Assembly (NCBI GenBank): GCA_030390025.1
Contig: CM059438.1
Span: 58,530,001-58,594,000, forward strand
Length of the DNA: 64,000 nucleotides
From: Squalus acanthias
Taxonomy: Eukaryota
Direction of reading: 5' to 3'
In this document: one piece after another, positions 30,001-41,020 of the stretch
Position numbering within the stretch: the first letter of the stretch is position 1
Layout of the letters: each line of letters starts with the position of its first letter
Program-made: the position numbers and the translations under genes
The notes under the pieces: generated by a model
What the model saw: the letters and a program-made list of their open reading frames with translations, nothing else
The model's database searches: none
What the model was told of the DNA's origin: nothing

Positions 30001-33000
30001 CTGGTTACAGACAGACTCAGGGTAATGGAACTGGGTACAGTCAGTCTCCCGGGAATGGAACTGAGTAGTGACAGACTCTGCGGAATGGAGCTGGGTATAG
30101 ACAGACTCTGGGAATGGAGCTGGGTATCGTCAGACTCTGGGGAATGGAGCTGGGTACAGACTGGGAAATGGAGCTGGATGCAGGCAGACTCTGGGAAAGG
30201 AGCTGGGTACAGACAGACTCTGGGGAATGGAACTGGGTCCAGACAGACTCTGGGGAATGTAGCTGGGTGCAGACAGACTCTGGGAAAGGAGCTGGGTCCA
30301 GACAGACTCTGGTGAATGGAGCTGGGTACAGACAGACTCTGGGAAAGGAGCTGAGTACAGACAGACTGGGGAAAGGAGCTGGGTACAGACAGACTCTGGG
30401 AATGGAGCTGGGTACAGACAGACTCTAGGAATGGAGCTGGGTCTAGACAGACTCTGTGGAATGAAGCTGGGTAGAGACAGAATCTGGGAATGGAGCTGGG
30501 TACAGACAGACTCTGGGGAATGGAGCGGGGTACAGACTCTGGGATTGGAGTTGGGTACAGACAGACTCTGTGGAATGGAGTTGGGTACAGACAGACTCTG
30601 GAAATGGAGTTGGGTACAGACAGACTCTGGGAAGGGGAGCTGGTACAGACAGACTCTGGGGAATAGAGCTGTGTACAGGCAGACTCTGGGTAATAGAACT
30701 GGATACAGTCAGTATCCCGGAATGGAATTGAGTACAGACAGACTCTGCGGAATGGAGCTGGGTACAGAAAGACTCTGGGAATGGAGCTGGGTATCGTCAG
30801 AATCTGGGAATGGAACTGGGTACAGTCAGACTCTGGGGAATGGAGCTGGGTACAGACAGACTGGGAAATGGAGCTGGGTGCAGACTGACTCTGGGAATGG
30901 AGCTGGGTACAGTCTCTGGGAATGGAGCTGGGTACAGACAGACTCTGTGGAATGGAGTTGGGTACAGACAGACTCTGGGAATGGAGCTGGGTACAGACAG
31001 ACTCTGAAAATGTCACTGGGTAGACAGACTCAGGGAATGGAGCTGAGTACAGACAGACTCTGGAAATGGAGCTGGGTGCAGACTGACTCTGGGAATGGAG
31101 CTGGGCACAGACAGACTCTGGGAAGGGGATCTGATACTGAAAGACTCTGGGAATGCAGTTGGGTACAGGCCGACTCTAGGAAGTAGAGTTGGGTAGAGAC
31201 AGACACAGGAAATGACGCTGGGTACAGACAGACTCAGGGTGATGGAACTGGATACAGTCAGACTCTAGGGAATGGAGCTGGGTATCGACATAATCTGGGA
31301 TTGGAGCTGGGTTACAGACTCTGGAATGGAGCTGGGTACAGACAGAGCTCTGGAGATGGAGCTGTGTACAGACAGACCTGGGGAATGGGAGCTGGTACAG
31401 GACAGACTCTGGGAATGGAGCTGGGTACAGACAGACTCTGGGAACAGAGCTTGTGTACAGACAGACTCAGGGTAATAGAACTGGATACAGTCAGAAGCTG
31501 GGAATGGAGCTTGGGTGCAGACAGAATCTGGGAATGGAGCTGGGTACAGACCGACTCTGGGGAATGGGAGCTGGGTACAGACAGACTGGGGAATGGAGCT
31601 GGGGATAGACCAGACTCTGGGAATGGAGCGGGTACCGACAGACTCTGTGGAATGGAGCTGGGTACAGACAGACTCTGGGAATGGAGCTGGGTACTGACAG
31701 ACTCCGGGAATGGAGCTGGGTACAGACAGACTCTGGGAATGGAGCTGGGTACAGACAGACTGGGAAATGGAGCTGGGTACAGACAGACTCTGGGTAATGG
31801 AACTGGGTAGTCAGAATCTGGGGAATGGAGCTGGCTACAGACAGAATCTGGGGAATGGAGCTGGTTACAGACAGACTCTGGGGAATGGAGCTGGGTACAG
31901 ACAGACTCTGGGAATGGATCTGGGTACAGACAGACTCTTTGGAATGGAGCTGGGTACAGACAGACTCTTGGGAATGGGTCTGGGTACAGACAGACTGGGG
32001 AATGGAGCTGGGTACAGACAGACTGGGGAATGGAGCTTGGTATGGACAGACTCTGGGAATGGAGCTGGGAACAGACAGACTCTGGGAATGGAGCTGGGTA
32101 CAGGCCGAATCTGGGAAGGGGAGCTGGGTAGACACAGAATCTGGATATGACGCTGGGCACAGACACACTCAGGGTAATGGAACTGGGTACAGTCAGACTC
32201 TGGGGAATGGAGCTGGGTACAGACAGACTGGGGAATGGAGCTGGGGAGAGATAGACTGGGGAATGGAGCTGGGTACAGACAGACTCTGGGAATGGAGCTG
32301 GGTACAGACAGACTTGGGAAAGTACGCTGGTTACAGACAGACTCTGGGAATGGAACGTGGGTACAGACAGCTCGGGAATGGAGTCTGGGTACAGACAGAC
32401 TCTGCGGAATGGAGCTGGGTACAGACAGACTCTGGGAATGGAGCTGGGTACAGACAGACTCTGGGAATGAGCTGGGTACAGTCAGACTCTGGGAATGGAG
32501 CTGGTTCAGTCAGACTCTGGGAATGGAGCTGGGTAAGACAGACTGGGAATGGAGCTGGTACAGACAGACTCGGGAATGGAGCTGGTTACAGACAGACTCT
32601 GGGAATGGAGCTGGTACAGACAGACTCTGTGAATGGAGCTGGGTACAGACTGACTCTGGGAATGGAGCTGGGTACAGACAGACTCTGGGAATGGAGCTGG
32701 GTCCAGACAGACTCTGGGAATGGAGCTGGGTACAGACAGACTCTGGGAAAGGAGCTGAGTACAGACAGACTCTAGGAATGGAGCTGGGTACAGGCCGAAT
32801 CTGGGAAGGGGAGCTGGGTACAGACAGACTGGGGAATGGAGCTGGGGAGAGATAGACTGTGGAATGGAGCTAGGAACAGATAGACTCTGGGAAGGGGAGC
32901 TGGTACAGACAGACTCTGGGAATGCAGCTGGGTACAGACAGACTCTGGGAATGGAGCTGGGAACAGACAGACTCTGGGAATGGAGCTGGGTACAGGCCGA

Positions 33001-36000
33001 ATCTGGGAAGGGGAGCTGGGTAGAGACAGAATCTGGATATGACGCTGGGCACAGACACACTCAGGGTAATGAAACTGGGTACAGTCAGACTCTGGGGAAT
33101 GGAGCTGGGTACAGACAGACTGGGGAATGGAGCTGGGTACAGACAGACTGGGAAATGGAGCTGGATGCAGGCAGACTCTGGGAAAGGAGCTGGGTACAGA
33201 CAGACTCTGGGGAATGGAACTGGGTCCAGACAGACTCTGGGGAATGGAGCTGGGTGCAGACAGACTCTGGGAAAGGAGCTGGGTCCAGACAGACTCTGGG
33301 GAATGGAGCTGGGTACAGACAGACTCTGGGAAAGGAGCTGAGTACAGACAGACTGGGGAATGGAGCTGGGTACAGACAGACTCTGTGGAATGGAGCTGGG
33401 TACAGACAGACTCTGGGAATGGAGCTGGGTACAGACAGACTCTGTGGAATGGAGCTGAGTACAGACAGACTCTGGGAATGGAGCTGGGTACAGACAGACT
33501 CAAGGAAGGGGAGCTGGGTACAGACAGACTCTGGGGAATGGAGCAGGGTATTGTCAGAATCTGGGGAATGGAGCTGGGTACAGACAGAATCTGGGGAATG
33601 GAGCTGGGTACAGACAGACTGGGGAATGGAGCTGGGGAGAGACAGACATTGGAATGGAGCTGGGTACAGACAGACTCTGGGAATAGAGCTGGGTACAGAC
33701 AGACTCTGGGAATGGAGCTGGGTACAGACAGATTCTGGGGAATGGAGCTGGGTATCGTCAGAATCTGGGAATGGAGCTGGGTACAGACAGACTCTGCGGA
33801 ATGGAGCTGGGTACAGACAGAATCTGGGAATGGAGCTGGGTACAGACAGAGTCTGGAAATGACGCTGGGTACAGTCAGACTCTGGGGAATGGAGCTGAGT
33901 ATCGTCAGAATCTGGGAATGGAGCTGGGTACAGACAGAATCTGGGTATGGAGCTAGGTACAGACAGACTCTGGGAATAGAGCTGGGTACAGACAGAATCT
34001 GGGAATGGAGCTGGGTACAGACAGACTCTGGGAATGGAGCTGGGTACAGACAGACTCAGGGTAATGGAGCTGGGTATCGTCAGAATCTGGGAATGGAGCT
34101 GGGTACAGACAGACTCTGCGGAATGGAGCTGGGTACAGACAGACTCTGGGTAATGGACTGGGTACAGTCAGAATCTGGGAATGGAGCTGGGTACAGACAG
34201 AATCTGGGGAATGGAGCTGGGTACAGACAGACTCTGGGGAATGGAGCTGGATACAGACAGACTCTTGGGAATGGAGCTGGGTACAGACAGACTCTGGAAT
34301 GGAGCTGGGTACAGACAGACTCTGGGAATGGACTGGTACAGACAGACTCTGGGAATGGAGCTGGGTACAGACAGACTCTGGGAATGAGCTGGTAGGGACA
34401 GACTTCTGGGAATGGAGCTGGGTACAGACAGACTCTGGAATGGAGCTGGGTACAGACCGAATCTGGGAAGGGAGCTGGTACAGGCAGACTCTGGGAATGA
34501 GCTGGGAACAGACAGACTCTGGGAATGGAGCTGGGTACAGACAGACTCTGGGGAATTGGAGCTGGGTTACAGACAGACTGGTGAATGGAGCTGGGTACAG
34601 ACAGACTCTGGGAATGGAGCTGGGTACAGAGAGACTCTGGGAATGGAGCTGGTACAGACAGACTCTGGGAATTGAAGCTGGTTACAGACAGAATCTGGGA
34701 ATGAAGCTGGAGTACGACAGACTCTGGGAATGGAAGCTGAGTAGTGACAGACTCTGCGGAATGGAGCTGGGTATAGACAGACTCTGGGAATGGAGCTGGG
34801 TATCGTCAGACTCTGGGGAATGGAGCTGGGTACAGACTGGGAAATGGAGCTGGGTACAGACAGACTGGGAAATGGAGCTGGATGCAGGCAGACTCTGGGA
34901 AAGGAGCTGGGTACAGACAGACTCTGGGGAATGGAACTGGGTCCAGACAGACTCTGGGGAATGGAGCTGGGTGCAGACAGACTCTGGGAAAGGAGCTGGG
35001 TCCAGACAGACTCTGGGGAATGGAGCTGGGTACAGACAGACTCTGGGAAAGGAGCTGAGTACAGACAGACTGGGGAATGGAGCTGGGTACAGACAGACTC
35101 TGGGAATGGAGCTGGGTACAGACAGACTCTAGGAATGGAGCTGGGTCTAGACAGACTCTGTGGAATGAAGCTGGGTAGAGACAGAATCTGGGAATGGAGC
35201 TGAGTACAGACAGACTCTGGGGAATGGAGCGGGGTACAGACTCTGGGATTGGAGTTGGGTACAGACAGACTCTGTGGAATGGAGTTGGGTACAGACAGAC
35301 TCTGGAAATGGAGTTGGGTACAGACAGACTCTGGGAAGGGGAGCTGGTACAGACAGACTCTGGGGAATAGAGCTGTGTACAGGCAGACTCTGGGTAATAG
35401 AACTGGATACAGTCAGTATCCCGGGAATGGAATTGAGTACAGACAGACTCTGCGGAATGGAGCTGGGTACAGAAAGACTCTGGGAATGGAGCTGGGTATC
35501 GTCAGAATCTGGGAATGGAACTGGGTACAGTCAGACTCTGGGGAATGGAGCTGGGTACAGACAGACTGGGAAATGGAGCTGGGTGCAGACTGACTCTGGG
35601 AATGGAGCTGGGTACAGTCTCTGGGAATGGAGCTGGGTACAGACAGACTCTGTGGAATGGAGTTGGGTACAGACAGACTCTGGGAATGGAGCTGGGTACA
35701 GACAGACTCTGAAAATGTCACTGGGTAGACAGACTCAGGGAATGGAGCTGAGTACAGACAGACTCTGGAAATGGAGCTGGGTGCAGACTGACTCTGGGAA
35801 TGGAGCTGGGCACAGACAGACTCTGGGAAGGGGATCTGATACTGAAAGACTCTGGGAATGCAGTTGGGTACAGGCCGACTCTAGGAAGTAGAGTTGGGTA
35901 GAGACAGACACAGGAAATGACGCTGGGTACAGACAGACTCAGGGTGATGGAACTGGATACAGTCAGACTCTGGGGAATGGAGCTGGGTATCGACAGAATC

Positions 36001-37620
36001 TGGGAATGGAGCTGGGTACAGACTCTGGGAATGGAGCTGGGTACAGACAGACTCTGGAGATGGAGCTGTGTACAGACAGACTCTGGGAAGGGGAGCTGGT
36101 ACAGACAGACTCTGGGAATGGAGCTGGGTACAGACAGACTCTGGGGAACAGAGCTGTGTACAGACAGACTCAGGGTAATAGAACTGGATACAGTCAGAAG
36201 CTGGGGAATGGAGCTGGGTGCAGACAGAATCTGGGGAATGGAGCTGGGTACAGACCGACTCTGGGGAATGGAGCTGGGTACAGACAGACTGGGGAATGGA
36301 GCTGGGGATAGACAGACTCTGTGAATGGAGCTGGGTACCGACAGACTCTGTGGAATGGAGCTGGGTACAGACAGACTCTGGGAATGGAGCTGGGTACTGA
36401 CAGACTCCGGGAATGGAGCTGGGTACAGACAGATTCTGGGGAATGGAGCTGGGTACAGACAGACTGGGGAATGGAGCTGGATACAGACAGACTCTATGAT
36501 TGGAGCTGGGTACAGACAGACTCTGGAATTGACGCTGGGTACAGACAGACTCAGGGTAATGGAACTGGGTACAGACAGACTCTCAGGAATGGAGCTGGGT
36601 ACAGACAGACTGGGGAATGGTGCTGGGTACAGACAGACTGGGGAATGGAGCTGGGTACAGACAGACTCAGGGTAATGGAACTGGGTACAGTCAGACTCTG
36701 GGGAATGGAGCTGGGTATCGACAGAATCTGGGAATGGAGCTGGGTACAGACAGACTCTGGAAATGGAGCTGGGTACAGACTCTGGGAATGGAGCTGGGTA
36801 CCGACAGACTCTGTGGAATGGAGTTGGGTCCAGACAGACTCTGGAAATGGAGCTGGGTACAGACAGACTCTGGGAAGGGGAGCTGGTACAGACAGACTCT
36901 GGGGAATGGAGCTGTGTATAGACAGACTCTGGGGAATAGAACTGGATACAGTCAGACTCTGGGGAATGGAGCTGGGTACAGACAGACTCTGGGCAATGGA
37001 GCTGGGTACAGACAGACTGGGAATGGAGCTGGAGATAGACAGACTGTGGAATGGAGCTAGGAACAGACAGACTCTGGGAATGGAGCTGGGTACAGACAGA
37101 CTCTGTGGAATGGAGCTGGGTACAGACAGACTCTGGGAATGGAGCTGGGTACAGACAGACTCAGGGTAATGGAACTGGGTACAGTCAGACTCTGGGGAAT
37201 GGAGCTGGGTACAAACAAACACTGGGGAATGGAACTGGGTACAGACAGACTCTGGGAATGGAGCTGGGTACAGACAGACTGGGGAATGGAGCTGGGTACA
37301 GACAGACTGGGGAATGGAGCTGGGTACAGACAGACTCTGGGAATGGAGCTGGGTACAGACAGACTCTGTGGAATGTAGCTGAGTATAGACAGACTCTGGG
37401 AATGGAGCTGGGTGCTGACAGACTCCGGGAATGGAGCTGGGTACAGACAGACTCTGGGGAATGTAGCTGAGTATAGACAGACTCTGGGAATGGAGCTGGG
37501 TACAGACAGACTCTGGGAAGGTGAGCTGGGTACATACCGACTCTGGGAATGGAGCTGGGTACAGACAGATTCTGGGGAATGGAGCTGGGTACAGACAGAC
37601 TCTGGGAATGGAGCTGTGTG
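1..37620. repeat. Very long 29-bp satellite array (28-30 bp variants), runs off the left edge of the window
   Basis: Head-to-tail monomer GGAATGGAGCTGGGTACAGACAGACTCTG, roughly 1,300 copies, with recurring diagnostic variant blocks; decays into unique sequence at ~37620. Confidence 0.98.
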
Positions 37621-37743
37621 TTGGCAGAATCCCAGTGGGGAGGGCAGGATCCAAACAGACTCCTCAGGGACAGGATCTGGGATGAGACAGACGCACAGAA
37701 CATTGTGACTGGCGTGTGTATTATGTGATTGTTTGGCACTTAC

Positions 37744-37844
37744 TTGGCTGACAGAATGATGACTCGTGCCTCCAACTCCTTGGCTTCCAGCAGCATTGTT
37801 GTCATGTTTGTGTTGCCTGGTTCAAACTGCAGGACCTTCTCAGC
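37744..37844 (-). CDS. GRIN1: GRIN1 (NMDA receptor GluN1) internal constitutive exon, amino-terminal domain; 101 nt, phase 0 to phase 2
   Basis: Minus strand reads ...ccaactacag|GCTGAGAAGGTCCTGCAG...CTGTCAGCCAA|gtaagt. Translates [33 protein letters not shown]; 26/33 identical to the recalled human GluN1 [33 protein letters not shown]. Canonical AG/GT; length fits the recalled 101-nt mammalian exon. Confidence 0.96.
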
Positions 37845-38013
37845 CTGTAGTTGGTGCAGGGATTCAGAATTACTACACGATTGTCCGAAATCATCCTTGT
37901 CAGCCTCTTTCCATCAACGACACCTTTGATCTCCAGCAAAGATCAGCTTAAAGGCGATCAAATAACTAGCCCCGTCTGGAGCCAATGTGAGCTACAGGGT
38001 TCTCTGTACTGGG

Positions 38014-38402
38014 CATGCAAACTAAGGTAGAACAAGACCAAAAGAAGGGTGCGTGCATCTGATAGAGTAGAATAGAGGGGGGAAAAGCATCTCAACCTGA
38101 TTATGAGTTGGTCTGTCTTTCAAAAAAAAAGTCTTAAAGGGATTGAAGTCTGAGGAAAAAGTCATGGCTTGATTCCAAAATGTAACTTGCAAGTTAGTCT
38201 TTATTGAACATGCACGTGTCCTTATGACAAGATTTGGTTAGGTTGGGCCGACTCGTGTTCTTTAACCATTCTCATCGACAAACCAAAAGAATCTGTTTGA
38301 AACTAACAGCGTGCTACCAGAACAGTCTCATTGGTCATTCTGTGACTGCGGCTCGGCTACTCCGTTAGTTTAAGATTGGTGGGCTCGTGCATTCTACATG
38401 CA
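38014..38402 (-). promoter_or_regulatory. Cluster of Rbfox-type intronic splicing elements downstream of the N1 cassette
   Basis: UGCAUG on the transcribed strand (plus-strand catgca) at 38397-38402, 38209-38214 and 38014-38019; UGCACG at 38386-38391 and 38052-38057. Rbfox is an established regulator of GRIN1 exon 5. Confidence 0.8.
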
Positions 38403-38409
38403 AATATAC

Positions 38410-38472
38410 CTTTGGTCCTCGCCTGCTGTCATACGAATGCTGGTCGTTGTTCTCAAAGTTCCTTTTTTTATT
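38410..38472 (-). CDS. GRIN1: GRIN1 alternatively spliced N1 cassette ('exon 5'), 63 nt, symmetric phase 0
   Basis: Minus strand reads ...cacattactcatcag|AATAAAAAAAGGAAC...GGACCAAAG|gtatatt. Translates NKKRNFENNDQHSYDSRRGPK versus recalled mammalian SKKRNYENLDQLSYDNKRGPK (15/21 identical). Correct order and phase relative to the 37744-37844 exon. Confidence 0.95.
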
Positions 38473-38530
38473 CTGATGAGTAATGTGCACAGAGAAAATA
38501 TGTAGACACAGAAGAATATTATAAACAGTT
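38473..38530 (-). promoter_or_regulatory. 3' splice-site / branch region of the N1 cassette with UCU- and UGUG-rich motifs
   Basis: Minus strand ...atattcttctgtgtctacatattttctctgtgcacattactcatcag: weak pyrimidine tract with UGUGU/UGUG (CELF-like) and UUCUCU (PTB-like) motifs. Factor assignment is inference. Confidence 0.55.
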
Positions 38531-38630
38531 GAAAATGACGTGTAGTAAGCAATTTAACCCTCTCTCCTCCTCAGGGTCAATACGTATCACTGGAGCTTGC
38601 AAATAAAAACAGCTCCTCAGTTGTTTGAAG

Positions 38631-40912
38631 GCTCTGTGAGTCTGGTTCTGTGAGTCTGGCTCTGTGAGACTGGCTCTGTGAGTCTGGCTCTGTGAGTCTG
38701 GTTCTGTGAGTCTGGCTCTGTGAGTCTGGTTCTGTAAGACTGGCTCTGTGAGACTGGCTCTGTGAGACTGGTTCTGTGAGACTGGCTCTGTGAGACTGGT
38801 TCTGTGAGTCTGGTTCTGTAAGACTGGCTCTGTGAGACTGGCTCTGTGAGACTGGCTCTGTGAGACTGGTTCTGTGAGACTGGCTCTGTGAGTCTGGTTC
38901 TGTGAGACTGGCTCTGTGAGACTGGTTCTGTGAGACTGGCTCTGTGAGTCTGGTTCTGTGAGTCTGGTTCTGTGAGAATGGATCTGTGAGTCTGGCTCTG
39001 TGAGATTGGCTCTGTGAGACTGGCTCTGTGAGTCTGGCTCTGTGAGTCTGGCTCTGTGAGTCTGGCTCTGTGAGACTGGCTCTGTGAGTCTGGTTCTGTG
39101 AGTCTGGCTCTGTGAGTCTGGCTCTGTGAGTCTGGTTCTGTGAGTCTGGCTCTGTGAGTCTGGTTCTGTGAGACTGGCTCTGTGAGTCTGGTTCTGTGAG
39201 ACTGGCTCTGTGAGTCTGGTTCTGTGAGACTGGCTCTGTGAGTCTGGTTCTGTGAGTCTGGTTCTGTGAGACTGGCTCTGTGAGTCTGGTTCTGTGAGTC
39301 TGGTTCTGTGAGTCTGGTTCTGTGAGACTGGCTCTGTGAGTCTGGCTCTGTGAGTCTGGCTCTGTGAGTCTGGTTCTGTGAGATTGGCTCCGTGAGTCTG
39401 GCTCTGTGAGTCTGGCTCTGTGAGTCTGGTTCTGTGAGATTGGCTCCGTGAGTCTGGCTCTGTGAGACTGGCTCTGTGAGACTGGCTCTGTGAGTCTGGC
39501 TCTGTGAGTCTGGTTCTGTGAGACTGGCTCTGTGAGTCTGGTTCTGTGAGATTGGCTCCGTGAGTCTGGCTCTGTGAGTCTGGCTCTGTGAGTCTGGTTC
39601 TGTGAGTCTGGTTCTGTGAGTCTGGTTCTGTGAGTCTGGCTCTGTGAGTCTGGTTCTGTGAGATTGGCTCTGTGAGTCTGGTTCTGTGAGTCTGGTTCTG
39701 TGAGTCTGGTTCTGTGAGTCTGGTTCTGTGAGTCTGGTTCTGTGAGACTGGTTCTGTGAGACTGGTTCTGTGAGTCTGGCTCTGTGAGTCTGGCTCTGTG
39801 AGTCTGGCTCTGTGAGTCTGGTTCTGTGAGTCTGGTTCTGTGAGTCTGGTTCTGTGAGTCTGGTTCTGTGAGTCTGGTTCTGTGAGTCTGGTTCTGTGAG
39901 TCTGGTTCTGTGAGACTGGTTCTGTGAGTCTGGTTCTGTGAGACTGGTTCTGTGAGTCTGGTTCTGTGAGTCTGGTTCTGTGAGTCTGGTTCTGTGAGTC
40001 TGGTTCTGTGAGTCTGGTTCTGTGAGTCTGGCTCTGTGAGTCTGGTTCTGTGAGATTGGCTCTGTGAGTCTGGTTCTGTGAGTCTGGTTCTGTGAGTCTG
40101 GTTCTGTGAGTCTGGTTCTGTGAGACTGGTTCTGTGAGACTGGTTCTGTGAGTCTGGCTCTGTGAGTCTGGCTCTGTGAGTCTGGCTCTGTGAGTCTGGT
40201 TCTGTGAGTCTGGTTCTGTGAGTCTGGTTCTGTGAGTCTGGTTCTGTGAGTCTGGTTCTGTGAGTCTGGTTCTGTGAGTCTGGTTCTGTGAGACTGGTTC
40301 TGTGAGTCTGGTTCTGTGAGACTGGTTCTGTGAGTCTGGTTCTGTGAGTCTGGTTCTGTGAGTCTGGTTCTGTGAGACTGGTTCTGTGAGACTGGCTCTG
40401 TGAGACTGGTTCTGTGAGACTGGTTCTGTGAGACTGGCTCTGTGAGTCTGGTTCTGTGAGACTGGTTCTGTGAGACTGGTTCTGTGAGACTGGTTCTGTG
40501 AGTCTGGCTCCGTGAGACTGGCTCTGTGAGACTGGTTCCGTGAGTCTGGCTCTGTGAGACTGGTTCTGTGAGTCTGGCTCTGTGAGACTGGTTCTGTGAC
40601 TCTGGCTCTGTGACTCTGGTTCTGTGACTCTGGCTCTGTGAGTCTGGTTCTGTGAGTCTGGCTCTGTGAGTCTGGTTCTGTGAGACTGGTTCTGTGAGTC
40701 TGGCTCTGTGAGACTGGTTCTGTGAGTCTGGCTCTGTGAGACTGGCTCTGTGAGACTGGTTCTGTGAGTCTGGCTCTGTGAGTCTGGCTCTGTGAGACTG
40801 GCTCTGTGAGTCTGGCTCTGTGAGACTGGCTCTGTGAGTCTGGTTCTGTGAGTCTGGTTCTGTGAGTCTGGTTCTGTGAGACTGGCTCTGTGCGATTGAT
40901 TCTGTGAGACTG
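38631..40912. repeat. 14-bp minisatellite (TCTGTGAGWCTGGY)n, ~160 copies
   Basis: Direct 14-nt periodicity with variation concentrated at two positions. Confidence 0.97.
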
Positions 40913-41020
40913 GGTCTCTGTTAGCATTGTGTAGGTGCTGTTGAATACCAGGTCATCTCTGGGAACGAACATCTCACACCTGATGGTCTATTGGGAGGAA
41001 TGTCTGATACCAGGTGATCC

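Noticed and set aside
1..37620. Hundreds of overlapping ORFs (up to 879 aa) with MELGTDRLW/ESVCTQLHS repeats
   Set aside because: The consensus 29-mer lacks stop codons, so ORFs appear in all six frames; unit lengths of 28-30 nt do not preserve frame.
37729..37951. Plus-strand 66-aa and 61-aa ORFs over the unique island
   Set aside because: Antisense shadows of the GRIN1 exon; the conserved peptide and splice sites are on minus.
38519..40972. 817-aa repetitive ORF (TEPDSQNQTHR...) on the GRIN1 strand
   Set aside because: Translation of a 14-bp unit (not a multiple of 3) with no minus-strand stop; lies in inferred GRIN1 intron; no domain recognisable.
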